A stretch of DNA of 64,000 nucleotides. It comes from Azolla caroliniana. Lineage: Eukaryota > Plantae > Polypodiophyta. The stretch is taken from assembly GCA_043228905.1 (NCBI GenBank), contig JBHGNT010000098.1:1-64000 (forward strand). Reading direction: 5' to 3'. Shown here piece after piece: positions 1 through 13,549 of this stretch. Numbering within the stretch: the stretch's first letter is position 1; each line of letters begins with the position of its first letter. The position numbers and the translations under genes are program-made. Under the pieces are notes generated by a model, which made no database searches, was not told the origin of the DNA, and worked only from the letters and a program-made list of their open reading frames with translations.

Positions 1-3000
1 ATGCGGGTTTGGAAAACCAATACCGCTTTGCCGACCGCGAAATCCTTTTCCCGTGCATTTCGATGTCGATCCACAAACGCTTTACGCCGTCGTTGCTCGT
101 GCTCCAACACAGCCATGCTGTGTATGCGTTTTTCGCCGAGTTCGAGTAGCTGGTGCAATCGTACTTCCTCCCGTACTGGAATCCGTAAACTGGGTAGCTG
201 GAATTCTATCGGCATACCGGCCTCCAGTCTAAATGCTAGTCGAAACGGTGTTGATTGTATGCTTCTTTTGTAGTTGGTCGTATACACCCATAATGCACTA
301 TGTAATTTGGTATCCCAGTCCGTTCTATTGTCATTGACGATTTTCTTTAATATAGTTTGCAATGTCTTGTTGGTGGATTCCGCCAACCCATTCGCCTATG
401 GGTAATATGGCGTACTCTTCTTGTGGACCACAACGTAATGATGTGTTAGTTCACGAACCACCGTATTGAGAAAGTGGCTCCCCTGATTGCTGATGAGCTT
501 AATCGGATAACCGAATCGACACCAGATGTGTTCGTAAAGGAATCTCCCTGTGACAACCGTCGTATTCTCCCATAGTGCCTTTGCTTCTACCCACTTGGTG
601 CAATAATCCGTGGCCACCAATATGTATTTATTACCCGTACGGGCCGCAGTTAAGGGCCAACAAAATCCAATCCCCACTTTTGGAAGGGATCTAACGGCAA
701 TATGGGCTGGTGAGGCATTCTTGCGCCCTCCATTGGCTGGCCCATCCGTTGACACAAATCGCACTTTTTGCAATAATCATACGCATCCTTCGGTGTAGTT
801 GGCCACCATAGCCCTGCTTGCCATATTTTCCAGGCCGTGACATCTCCTGCGTAGTGGCCACCCGCCGTGCCGCAATGAGCCTCCCATAGGACCGCTTCTT
901 TCTCATCCTGACGTACACGGCGTTGCCAAATGCCATCACTCCCTTTGTGATATAAGATTCCTTCTACTAGGCAGAAGTTACGGCTCCGGACGGCTAATCG
1001 CTTCTTCTCGTCCGTGCGTAATTGCGGTGGGGGCAGTCCCGTAGTAAAAAAGTAGGTCATTTCCATGAGCCATCGGTCTAGTAAAGGCTTTTCCGGACGT
1101 TCTGTTAGTGCTGCTATCCGCAGAATGTGTGCATCCAGAAAGTCGTCGTCATCCCTTTGCGCCATTTCTCCATTATCGAGTCTGCTCAAAAAATTGTCTA
1201 AAGTTGTTTTCCCATATACTGCAAAATTGTCTAAAAAAACTTGCATGAAGGCCGGAATATATTCCCCAAAAATCTCCGTGATTGGCGGTTGAAATGTCGT
1301 CAGCGCCGTCTTTAGCCCGAACATCATGACGACTGCCACATAGACTCCCTAGTCTGTGACAAACGTTTTCTTTTCTTGGTCATCGCGGTGCATGCGTACC
1401 TGGTTGTACCCACTAAAGCCATCTAAAAAACTGTACATGTCATGTCCTGCGATAGCGTCCAGTATGCTATCGATGAACGGTAAAGGGAATGCGTCCGTAA
1501 TGGTTACGACGTTCAATTTTCTGTAGTCCACGCATACCCGCATTTTGCCATTTTTCTTTGGTACGACTACGATCGGGCTTAACCATGTAGCTTGTTTAAC
1601 TGATCGTATGAATCCCGCCTTCAGGAGTTTGTCAATTTCCTCTTTTACGCGGGCCACGTAGTTTGGGTTCATACGGTAGCGACGCTACTGGACCGGTTTC
1701 GCGTCGCTTGCTAAATTAATCTTATGTTGATAGAACTTCGGATCCAATACTTTCATGTCCTCGTGGGCCCAGGTGAACACATCTTTATAGTTTTTGAGGA
1801 GTATGATCATCGCGTTTGTTTGGTCTGGCCTTAATTCCTTTGCTATGGAGAGAAAACGGGGTTCTGACGTCGTACCCATGTTTACTTCTTCCAGGGCTGA
1901 GGTGGTGACTCGCCGTGAAATTTCCACTTCCCTCTCGAACGTTGCCCGTGCACTGCTTAGTTCTAATATTGCCTCCGGTTTTGGTTCATAAGCCTCGTCC
2001 TGGAGTGTAGTTGTCGTGGCATATTCCGTCGCGGTTTCAATGACGTCGATTTCGAACAGCGGAATAATTCGAGGGTGCTCATCTAGGTATGCCTCTAATT
2101 CTGTATCCTCCACCCCAGCCAACATATTTATATCTTCCACGTACAATGGTGGTATGCCCTTGGATTGTGTTGCCCTTTCCTCCGTTGGTACGCGGACCTT
2201 GGTGCGTCCGCGTCGAAAACTGATACACTTGTGTTGCTAGCTCTGCTTGATATTTGCTGAACGAAGCCACGGTCTACCCAACAGCACAAAGTACACCCCT
2301 GGGGTGTTTAGGGCGAGGACAACCGCCGAGATGTCGAAGTGATGTCCTCCCATGATAATGCCCACCTTGCGTATCAACCCCAATGGTCGTACTGAGCGGG
2401 TATCTGCCATGTGGAGCCAGAACGGGCAAGCCTCCCATTCTGAAATTCCCAATTGTTCGCATGTCTTCGCGCTGATTACATTAACGTCCGAGCCGCCATC
2501 GATTACGCATCCTATGATTTCCTGGTCATGCAATATCAACTTAATAGCCGGATTGTGGTGATCTACTACTGACGGTCCATAGCTAATGTCCATGAAATTC
2601 GTGGTGACGGTTACCCCAGGTCCGCCCGTCACCCGCTCTTCCACGGCCTGGCGGAATCAGGGGACTAGTTGCAACAGCTTCTCCATGGTTAACGTTATCT
2701 TGCAGGCTCCTAGTGCTTGCCAAATGGGGTCGGGGATGGTTCCTCGTCGTCCAATAGCTCCCCGGTGGTTGCGGATTCCATTCGCATACGCTCCATATTT
2801 TCCGTGTTTGCTTTTTCAACCCATGCCTGGGCTGTTCGCCGTATCTCATCTTGCATTGTCCAATCAACCGTTTTTGTTTGATGGCGGGTCGTGACTTGTT
2901 GCACTTCTGTCGTAATCGTATTGACGGCGAGCCCCTTGCCCTTGCGTATTGGGCATTGTGTGGCATAATGGCCGGGTTGCTGACAAACAAAACAATGGAT

Positions 3001-4465
3001 GCTAGATTCGCCCGTCTTGGCCCTTGGTGGTGTGTGTTGATCCCCCGGTGCGACTTGGTCCTCTCGGTCCTGCTTCGTTTGTCCGAGGGTACGCGGTGGT
3101 TGTTGTTGGTCCCGGCGTGGTTCCTAGTGTCGGTCATCGTCCGAGCTTTCGTCATATCGTCGGTGGTCCCGATATTGACGATGCTTTCCACAAGGTCCAT
3201 TGAAGCCGCCACGTTTGTTTGTCAGCCGGTAATTTTCATAGCGTCGACCCCCTTTATTATATCTGGGGTGGCCACGGTAGTCGTCATCCTCCGGCTCGTC
3301 TTCCCCGGAATCGTTGTGATTACGGCGATTACAGTAATGCCGGTCGTCGCATGGTGTTACGGGCATGACCATTTAATATCCCGTGGTTAGAATTTACCGT
3401 AGTATTCTATACCCTCACACTTATCCACGTGTCTAGAATACTACGGTAAATTCTCACCACAGAATATTAAATGGTCATGCCCGTAACACATGGATTGTGA
3501 TCCAAATACTGTGGTCGGTCTTCCTACCTTCTTTGTTCATTACGGCGTGGGGGACGCTGCATACTGTGGGTGTTGCTCTGTTCAACATATTGTACTCACA
3601 TTGCTCAACCGTGTGAGCTTTCGAGTGACATATTGGATAGTGGATTCGCATGTTGCACTCCACTGCCGAATGCCCCACATTCAAACAAATCGTGCACTGG
3701 ATCGCTTGACGAAAATGTCGTTCCTCGTCCTGAGGTAACGCTTGTCGTAATGAGGACATGGAAAACCTTCCCTCTTCTTCGTCCAGTTCGAGTTGTAGCG
3801 CTCTTTCTATGACCATATCGGCCATTTCCCCTTTCACACTATTGTTGTTGAGCGTTGTCCGTATGGGTCGGCATAATGCTGCCAGAAATGTCTCCCTGGC
3901 CTCATCCTCTGTCGGGCCCCATTCTAATTTTCGTCGTATATTTTGGAAACATAAGCTGAAATCCGCAATCGTCTTTGTCAGCGGTTGCTTAATTGTGTAG
4001 AATTGGCCGAGGATCTCGCGTTGCGGCACCCTCCGATGAAAGAACCGCAAAAAGGTGGACTGCAGCTGGTCGAAGGTCGTGATTGCTAGCAGATCCATTT
4101 GTGAATGCCAAAACACCGCTCTTCCATCCAATGTTAAGCCAAACTCCTTCATTTGGGACTGGTGCGCTACTGCCTCAGAAAGGCTCTGCACCATATGGTT
4201 TGCATTCCTACGCTCTCAAGTATTACAGACACACAGTAGATTAGCCGTAGCTACACACAGATATTAGAGAAGATAGAACTCTATTACGATACGCCTCTTC
4301 CATTCAAAATTACACGCTACCTCTATCAAAGGTTTTCTGCCCTATATATACGCAGGGTGTTTTAGCCGTTCACACTTCCTGCGTGAACCGTTACATGCGT
4401 TACAAAATTATTCTATTCCATATTACTACGCTCTTGACCATCGGTTACTATTCCGGCAGACAACA
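1..4465 (-). mobile_element. Degenerate non-chromoviral Ty3/Gypsy element (partial 5' LTR, gag, protease, RT, integrase; RNase H largely deleted), runs off the window start
   Basis: Gag 3475..4194 with two Zn knuckles (CTICLNVGH..C); protease VIDGGS (2237..2644); RT WLSPIVVVPKKNGKMRVCVDYRKLN..FLDGFSGYNQ (1349..1672); integrase HHCC and core (396..1339); LTR outer end TGTTGTC at 4465 on minus strand. Confidence 0.9.
3355..3488. mobile_element. 134-bp fold-back (MITE-like) insertion built from two inverted LTR U3 ends
   Basis: Arms 3355-3412 and 3431-3488 are inverted repeats (54/58 identical) with an 18-nt loop; TG..CA termini; TSD CATGG at 3350-3354 and 3489-3493; interrupts gag; matches the LTR start at 24853. 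Confidence 0.9.
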
Positions 4466-7400
4466 TAAAGTGACTGAGATCTGAGCTTTGCCTTTCCTGG
4501 GATGGGTTGTTGAGGCGCGCCATGATGTCAGTAGCGAAAGGGTCTGACGTGGTTGCTTGGACAATCTCGTTGAGCAAGGAATCATCGTGCAACATATAGG
4601 TTGCGAACATGTGGAGTTGATCGGGCTGCAATAAACAATGTGATTGCTGAGAATAAGTGTCGTCACTTGGGCGCAATGCCAAATCATGTCGCCAAGAGTG
4701 AGCATCCACTTTCCCATGTTGAATGCCGGGTCGAAACAAGATTTCGAAGTCGTAGTCAGCAAGAAACGATGACCAACGAGCCTGCCTCCGATTCAATGTA
4801 CGAGTGGTGGTGAAGTAGATGAGATTCTTGTGGTCGGTCACCACCTGAATACGATGTTGCGCCCCAACCAAATGGGCTTGCCATTCAGCGAAGGCTGAGA
4901 TGAAAGCTGGAAGCTCCTTGTCCTAGATCGGAAAATTGATTTCCGAGCTTGTAAACTTTCGAGAGTAGAAGGCGACCAGATGTAGGGTGTCATCGTCATC
5001 AGGCTGGGACAAGACCGCATCTATGGCAAGGTCGGAGACGTTGGTTTCAACCTGGAAAGGGCGGGTGGGGTCGGGGTGGACTAACAGGAGGGCGGAGAGA
5101 AAAGCTGCTTTGAGGGCATTAAAAGCATTGTGTGCTGCGGGGGTCCAAAGAAATGGAGTATCTTTCCGGGTAAGTTGGATGAGAGGTTTGACTAGGGAAG
5201 AGAATGCATCTATAAATTGTCTATAAAAATTTGCAAAACCTAGAAACGATTGTACCTCTTTTAGCCGAGTCGGAAGAAGCCAATCAGTGATTGTCGCGAC
5301 CTTGCGTTCATACATTGTGATCCCGGTAGGTGAGATCATGTAACCCGGGAATTCGACAGAGGTCTGATCAAATTCAGATTTCTCACTTTTGGTGAAGAGC
5401 CCATATTCTCAAAGTTTGGTGAGAACTAGCCAGACGTGGTGTGTGTACTCCTCCAAGTTGGAAGAAAAAACTAGGATGTCGTCAAGGTAGATGACCACGA
5501 AATGATCGAGATACTCTCGAAAAATATCATTCATCATGTGCTAGAAAACGGTCGGAGCATTGGTAAGGCCAAAAGGCATCATTTTGTACTCGAAATGTCC
5601 ATAGCGCGTCCGAAAAGTTGTTTTCCACTCGTCCCCAGGCTTAATGCGCACCAAATTGTAGGCTCCCCAAAGGTCGATTTTGGATAAGATATGCCCCGTT
5701 TGGAGTCGATCGAGGAGCGCTGGAATTAAGGGCAGGGGGTAACGATTACATACCGTAACTTTGTTGAGACCCGTAAGCGTAAGGAGTCGTCCTTTTTTTT
5801 GACAAATAAGATTCGTGCCTTGGCCGGTGATTTGGAGGGTTGAATGAAGCCTTTCGCGAGATTCTCAGCCAAATATGTGCGGAGAGCCTCAAGTTCGGCT
5901 TCGGATAACCCATAGATAGGACCGAATGGGGGATGCTCGCCAGGTTCGAGTTCGATTGGGCAATCGTAGGGACGATGAGTTGGTAACCGATCAACATTCC
6001 GCTTTTCGAATATGTCGGAAAAGTCGCTATATTGGATGGGTAAATTGGTGACAGGAACGGTGACGTTTCCCGACACAACGGCCAGTGTAGAGACCAAACC
6101 AGACTCGACCATAACAGAATCAAGAGAGTGTCATGACCGATCAGGAATTGGCGTTCTTGGAAAAGTGATGGAGCGGCTACACCAATCCACCGTCGGATTC
6201 TGTGTCTCCAACCAAAATAGCCCCAACACAATCGGATGTCGGGGAGTCACAATGAGGTAGAATGTCAGTTCCTCCTGGTGTGCCCCGATTTGAAGTACCA
6301 ACGGGATAGTGGCTTCGGTAACTACCCCCGACGATAGGAACCCAGTCGTAGATCGCTTCAACAGATATGGGTTGTGATGTGCGGATGGTGGGGATATTAT
6401 GTGCGCCTACAAACGATTTATCGATAAAGCAAGTAGATTCTCCGGAGTCGAACAAGGTATGAGAATGTATTGAAGTCGAACCAAAACAAAGACTTACTTG
6501 AAAAGAAAACCCTCCTAATGGCGACACGGACTTGTAGGAGCATGGAGAAGGTGAGTAACGGGAAGTGTCCAACGGCATGGCTCCTACTGCAGCCAGACTT
6601 GGTCATTTTCCGGTTGTCGAGGAACCTCCACAAGACGTGCACGATGGAATTGGTTTCAAGGGCCTCGCACAGGACAGTGGCAGATGACATAGTCGGGGTT
6701 GCCACAATAGAGAGAAAGTCCATTATCCCGACGATTGTTGCGTTCGGCTTCAGTTAGTGGTTGGAACCAAGCATGGTCGATCTCCATCGGGGTATGGGAA
6801 TCGACCTCCATTGTGGTATGGGTTTCATTGACTGATGGTAAGGTTGGCATGGGCGACAAGTAGGGCCTCGCGATTGCTGCGTTCCGAGAAGAAGCCTGAG
6901 ATCCGCGAGTCCCCCATTTTTCTTGACGAAGTTCAAAAAGACGATTGTCACACTGGACAGCTTGGGAGATTACTTGAGACAATGATGTGGGCTCCGGGAA
7001 GTTTAAGAGAAGAGTCTTGACATCATTTCGGAGACCGTGACGGAAATGGTTGCATAGGGCTTAGTCATCCCAACTAACATCGTAGGCAATCTGGCAGAAC
7101 TCTGAGGCGTAGACCGAGGCAGAACGTGAGCCTTGTTGGACAGAATAAAGCTTTGTGCGTGTCGTTCCTCACCGATTTGTCTCGCCAAATGTTGCTTAGA
7201 GCTCCTCAATGTAAGCGGTGAAGTCCTCCAAGAGAGCGGATGAGGTCTCAATCAAGGGTGCAAACCACGCTTGCGTGCCGACAAGCCCAACCTGAGAAGC
7301 GTCGCTAGCATACCGTTGGGGCTGTCATCCGATGATAAGCCGAATTTGGTTGATGAAGCCGCGAAGATACACCCTCGTGCCATTGAATTTGTCGGGTAGG

Positions 7401-8004
7401 CTGATGGTTGGTTCGACGACATATGGATGAGAAGAGGACGTGATCAGGCTAGGTGTCGACGGTGGTTGTGTTTCGGCGGCAAGTGAATTTCTTGAAGAGC
7501 CAGATTGCAACTCTTGTAATGATTCCCGAAGGATTTCATTCTCTAGCTGAAGTTGTTGCAAGGCTGCCATGATTTGATTTAGGTTGTCAATGGAGTCGGA
7601 CATGGTAGCAAGAAAAGGAAGGTGAACAAACTTGCATGGACAAGTATAATAAAGTAGAACAAAGATAAGACTAGAGAACAAGAGAGAGTAAAAGAACAAG
7701 AACTCAACTTATAGAACCCGTAACTTGTGTTGTTCACCTTGATTAGAATCACGGTGCACATGAGTATTTATACAAGAAGGTGGGGCTATGTAAGCCAGCT
7801 AGAAATAGAGTATGCATGAGGATGCATGCAAGCTAGAAAATGAGAATACATGCAAGCTAGGAACTTCCAATGTTCAATCTATACTATATGAAGTTGAATT
7901 AAATACAAGGATGCATATGTAGCTCAAGTGCTAGGGTTGCCCAATAGAGACCATAAGGTCTTGGGTTCAATCCCTACCTTCTTTCGTGGTATATGTTTAT
8001 GACA
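4466..8004 (-). mobile_element. Degenerate chromovirus-type (Tcn1/Tf1-like) Gypsy element: 5' LTR, gag, protease, RT, RNase H; cut at 4465 by the nested Gypsy
   Basis: Gag ISLPDKFNGTR..FINQIRLII; protease LFDSGESTCFID; [21 protein letters not shown]; RNase H VVTDHKNL..LNRRQARWS; LTR starts TGTCAT at 8004. Confidence 0.9.
7632..8004 (-). repeat. 5' LTR of the chromovirus (about 373 bp)
   Basis: TG start at 8004, TATAAATA at 7772-7765, followed by GTTTGTTCACCTT and the gag ATG; inner end slightly mutated. Confidence 0.75.
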
Positions 8005-8458
8005 TCCGGAGCCGAATCGAAGACACATAGTTGAGGTGCCTTTTAAATACCGAAGTATCCATTTTACCGCATTCCAGTGCTCCTTGCCGGGATTGCTCAT
8101 AAACCGGCTCACCACTCCGATTGCGTATCTGATATCCGGTTGAGTACACACCATTGCGTACATTAAGCTCCCGATGGCAGAGGCATATGGTATCTTCATC
8201 ATATTTGCCTTCTGTACCTTCGTCTTCGGGCTTTGCATGCCGGATAACCTGTAGTTTGCCTAGAGAGTCGATCCAACCGGTTTCGCATCTGACATGTTGA
8301 ACCGTTGAAGCAGCTTTGTCACGTACTTCTCTTGTGACAACCACAATTGCTTCTTTGACCGGTTCCGGATGATATGCATCCCAAGTATCTGTCTTGTTGG
8401 ACTCAAGTCTTTCATTGAGACGGTCTGGTTCAGAGCCTTCTTCAGCATCCGTATCTTG
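8005..8458 (-). mobile_element. Copia RT fragment (host of the chromovirus)
   Basis: MKDLSPTRQILGM..SQEKYVTKLLQRF; PYASAIGSLMYAMVCT..HWNAVKWILRYLKGT. Confidence 0.85.
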
Positions 8459-8460
8459 AT

Positions 8461-8742
8461 GTGGTCGGGCTAGGTGTCGACGGTGGTTGTGACTTGGCGG
8501 CTAGTGGATTTCTTGAAGTGCCGGATTGCAACTCTCATCATGATTGCCAAAGGATTTCATTCTCTAGCTGAAGTTGTTGCAAAGCTGCCATGATTTGGTT
8601 TAGGTTGTCGATGGAGTCAAACATGGTAGCAAGAAAATGAAGGTGAACAAACTATCACGAACAAGTATAATATAGTAGAACAAAGATAAGACTAGAGAAC
8701 AAGAGAGAGTAAAAGAACAAGAACTCAACTTATAGAACCCGT
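8461..8742 (-). mobile_element. Second fragment of the same chromovirus family (U5, PBS region, gag start)
   Basis: Closely similar to about 7440-7721; truncated at 8742 by the LTR insertion. Confidence 0.8.
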
Positions 8743-11700
8743 TGTTGTGAAGAAAACCGGCCCTAAGAGGAATCAAGGAGTTAAAGGTGTGAACCCGCCC
8801 TTTCACGGGTGTGCATGAATTGACACATTGTATATAACTAGGAATAGGACGGCTAATGTGAATATACTAGGTATGAAATACTAATTAATTAGGAAGGGAT
8901 AGAGAATAAAGTTGACGTGTTTTGATGTAACGGCCTCCTCGGCGACCTATAAAGGGGAGGGTAGAAGAAGAAGAAATCATTACGTTTTATGCCAGGGACG
9001 AGGTGTTGTCGGACTGGAAACCAAGCTCTCCTCCTCTATCATCGTTCTCTGTAGGGTTGCAATCGTTGTAATCGTTACTGTATTGAAATTGAATCTCTTG
9101 TTTTCGTCTATCTGTGTTTCTGGGTGTCTCCTCTTTCATCTCTCTCGAGTGTGCTTCTTCATTAAATCAGTATACGCGTTGGTGGTTCATTCAGCGGGCA
9201 AGTCCTGTCAGTTGCTGACAAGTTTAGCAGGCCTTACACTTGTGTGCTTCTTACTTCCTCTTGTCTCTCTTGCTCCTCAGTTCAAGGCCCCCGTGGTCCC
9301 ACCGTAACACGACACATCTGGTGAACCCGATGTGAAATCGGGCGGTAGAGGAGTCGAAGATGAGGGGATCGGAGCTCGCAGAAGCCATGGCGGCAATGGT
9401 CAATCGAATAGTAAGTGCTCGCGAGGGCACATGCACAATAGGATGATTCGGTGGGAAGGACACCACGAGCTATTTGGTGGCCTACCGAGCTGAGATGGTG
9501 ATGAGAGACACTCCGGAGGATAGGCATCTAGCCGGGTTCCCTAGGGTGGCGCCACCGGGCATCCATGCAGAGGTGCTCGAGGTACAGGCTGGATGCCGAA
9601 CCTGGGGAGAATTCGAGGCACGGCTCCTCGAAAGGTACGGGCTTGATGATGCGCGTAGGTTATCGAAGCGGGACTTCATGGAGTGGGTGGAAACCCCCAG
9701 AAAGGGGAGGAATGCATCAACGCTCCTCTGGGAGTTCGAAGAAAGCTTCACACGGCTCTCAATGCTGGACAGGACCGTGTTGGACACGAACCGTGTCGTG
9801 TTGTTCATCAAACTGGTGGACGTGCTGGAGACAGATAATGGGCTGATGACCGACTGGGCTACGGTCAAAGGGGTCTGCAGCCGCTTCGACAAACGGAGAG
9901 AGTGGGGTGACGAGAAATCGTCACCAACGGGACCCACCTAGGCAAGGAAGTTCGAAGAGCCTTCGCCGGCACGAAAGGAGGAAACCAGGGATTGGCTTGA
10001 AACTGGGCCAACATCGACCGGAGCGGTCAACGGCCCTTCCGGGGGAGCGGCTCTCGAGGAGCTGACACAAATGGTGCGCGACCTGCAGATTGTGCGGGCC
10101 CAGAGAGACAGTGGAGGGCAGCCACGCGACCGAAGCCTACCGGCTGGACAACGGTGTATGTGGTGCAACGTGGTCGGAAACAACCGGCGAGACTGCGTGG
10201 AGTTTGTTGAAGCCCTTAGGCGTAATGTGGTGTACCTATGGAACGGACGGGTGCACGCTAGTGATACTCGAAGAGCTGTGGACACAAATTTCGGGCGTGG
10301 CGGGATGAAGTGGCTAATGGAAGAAGCGAAGGCGCGCCATGCGGACACCGTCCATTATTCAGCATTGGCCGGAATCCGGGTGGGAGGTGACGAAGACCGG
10401 AAGACGAAGCACTCTGGCTTCTGGCCGTCGGTGTTAGAGGACCTTTCCGGCCCACAATTGTAGAGGGACGAAGTGAGCCGCGCAGAGCAGCGGATTCGGG
10501 AGGTCAGTGGATGGGACGATCCGGTTTAGGAGAAGACCGGTCTCATGGAAGCCGTGTGCCAGAACTACGAGGTTCTTGTAGAAGACAAACACGCGGGGAA
10601 GGCTGGAGGGACCGGTCCCTCACAATGGTATGAGACCCTGTTCAGAACGAAGACGAACGACGCCGCCAACACTAGCGCGCTGGATAGAAAGAAGCATCAG
10701 GCGACATCAGGCGAACGACGGACCTACGAAAGGTCCTTGAGGAACAGATCCTCGACATCAAGGTGGAGTTGTCGTTACGAGAGGTACTCGAGATTGCCAA
10801 GAAGGAGTTCCACGACTCCATTGTAGACTTGGTAAAGCGTAAGCGGCTCTGAACAGAGCCGTAAGGGAGAAGCCTGTGGAGGTGCGGACGACGCGCTTAG
10901 AAGACACGGCCCTAGAGGACGAGTTGGCGGATAGTCACTATTTGAACTTGCATTGGACCAGAGCCACTACGGACACCCCTATTCAGATTAGGGACGTTCC
11001 AGAGCTGGTGATGGCATTGATAGACCATGGATCCAAAATTAACCCGATGTCCATGAATTTCTATAAGAAAGGAAACTAGCCGATCAACACCAGGCACGGG
11101 TGGAAGATACGCGCGGCGACACGTGCTACAGAGGAGCTGCATGGTGCATGCCCGAATGTACGTGTAAACATCGGCGACGTTGTCGTTACGAAAACCGGCC
11201 CTAAGGGGAATCAAGGAGTTAAAGCCGTGAACCTGCCCTTTCACGAGTGTGCGTGACTTGATACATTGTATATAACTAGGAATAGGACAGCTGATGTTAA
11301 TATACTAGGTATAACATATTTATTAATTAGGAAATCGATGCGTATATCTATCCAAAGGGACAGAGAATAAAGTTGACGTGTGTTGATGTAACGGCCTCCT
11401 CGGCGACCTATAAAAAGGGAGGGGAGAAGAAAAGGATATTATCACGTTTTGGGCAAGGACGAGGAGCTATCGGATTGGGAACCGAGCTCTCTCCTCTATC
11501 ATCGCTCTCTCCAGGGTTGCAATCGTTGTAATCGTCACTGTTATTGAAATTGAATCTCTTGTTCTCGTCTATCTGTGTTTTTGGGTGTCTCCTCTTTTGT
11601 TTCTCTCGAGTGTGCTTCTTAATTAAGTCGGGATACGCGTTGGTGGTTCATTTAGCGGGCAAGTCCTGTCGGTTGTTGACAGTTCTAGCAGGCCCTACAC

Positions 11701-13549
11701 TTGCGTGCTCCTCACTTCCTCTTGTCTCCCTTGCTCCTTGGTTCAGGGCCCCCGTGGTCCCGCCTTATTATCACACGCATAAGCGAAACCACACGACATA
11801 TTTGGTGAACCCAACGTTAAACCAGGTTGGAGAGGAGTCAAAGATGAGGGGATCAGAGGTCGCCTAAGCCATGGCGGCAACGGTTGAACGGATAGTAAGT
11901 GCTCGCGAGGGCACGAGCGCCCTCAACGGGGCCATTGAAGCAATTGTCGCCACGATAGGCCGATTCGGTGGGAACGACGCCACGAGCTATTTGGTGGCCT
12001 ACCGAGCCGAGATGGTGATGAGAGACATTTTGGAGGATAGATGTCTCGCTGGGTTCCCTCGGGTAGCAACACCGGGCATCGGGCATCCACGCAGAGGTGC
12101 TCGAGGTACAGGCTGGATGCCGAACTTGGGGAGAATTCGAAGCACCGCTCCTCGAAAGGTACAGGCTTCATGACGCGCTTCGGTTATCGAAGCGGGACAT
12201 CATGGAATGGGTGGAAACCCCCGGAAAGGGGAGGAATGCGTCGGCGCTCCTTCGGAAGTCCGAAGAATGCTTCGCACGGCTCTCAACGCTAGACAAGACC
12301 GTGCTAGACACGAGCCGTGTCTTGTTGTTCGTCAAATCGGTGGACGTGCGGGATAGGGACAAAGTGGGTCTCCTCCTGCATACAGATCATGGGCTGACGA
12401 CCGACTCGGCCACGGTGAAAGGGGTCTGCAGCCGCTTCAACAAACAAAGAGAGTGGGGCGACGAGAAATCGTCGGCAACGGGACCCACCCCAGCAAGGAA
12501 GTTTGACGAGCCTTCACCGACACGAAAGGAGGAAGCCCGGGATTGGCTTGAAATTGGCCCAACATTGACTGGAGCAGTCAAGGGCCCATCTGGGGGAGCG
12601 GCTCTTGAGGAGCTAACACAAATGGTGTGCGACCTGCAGATCGCGCAAGCCTAGAGAGACAGTGGAGGGCATCCACGCGAGTGAAGGCCACCGGTTGGAG
12701 AACGGTGTATGTGGTGTGACACGGTCGGACATAGTGGGCGAGACTGCGTGGAGTTTGTCGAAGCCCTGAGGAGTAATATGGTGTACCTATGGAACAGATG
12801 AGTGCACACTGGTGATACTCGGAGAGCCGTGGAGACAAATTTCAGGCGTGGTGAGATGAAGCAGCTAATGGAAGAAGCGGAGGCGTGCCATGCGGAGGCC
12901 ATCCATTACTCAACATCGGCCAGAATCCGGGTGGGAGCTGACGAAGACCGGAAAACGAAGAACTTTGGCCTCAGTGAAGAATGGATGATTCCGGTCAACT
13001 CCGTGGGAATGTACAAAGTCATTGCCGACTTCGGGGAAAGGGTCAAGTTGGATCGGACGGCCCATGTGCACACGAAGTACAAGATTGGACCGGAAGGTGA
13101 GGCCAGTCACAACACCCTTGCTATAGGGCAACAGGTTACGAATGAAAGAGGTCCCGTCGGACCCAAGTCTACGGGATCCAGCCGGCATAGGACACCAGTT
13201 CACTGACATAACGCTACGGGAGCTCAAGGTTGGTGGGGGTGGCTTTCTACTACCGGCGGAGGAGGAACGGTTTCGGAGAATCCTCGGGAGGCACGGTCTC
13301 GCGGAAATACAACGAGGATACGTGAACTGGAGGCAGGACCCCAAGGCCTCCGACTAGAGAATATCAAATTTGTATGTTTATATTAAAAAATTATTCACCC
13401 CCACCAAACCTGCACATCCACCGGTATGTGCCAATTTTAGTGAGGCTCCACTTTTGATTACATTAATTTTTTATTGATGTACCCAAATCGCCATTGCCAT
13501 CCGATCCACCATATTCTTCGTTCACTCTTTGGATTTCCATGACCGATTG

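Noticed and set aside
7913-7985. Bona fide tRNA gene
   Set aside because: A/B boxes and spacing are present but acceptor and anticodon stems do not pair; treated as a tRNA-like cassette
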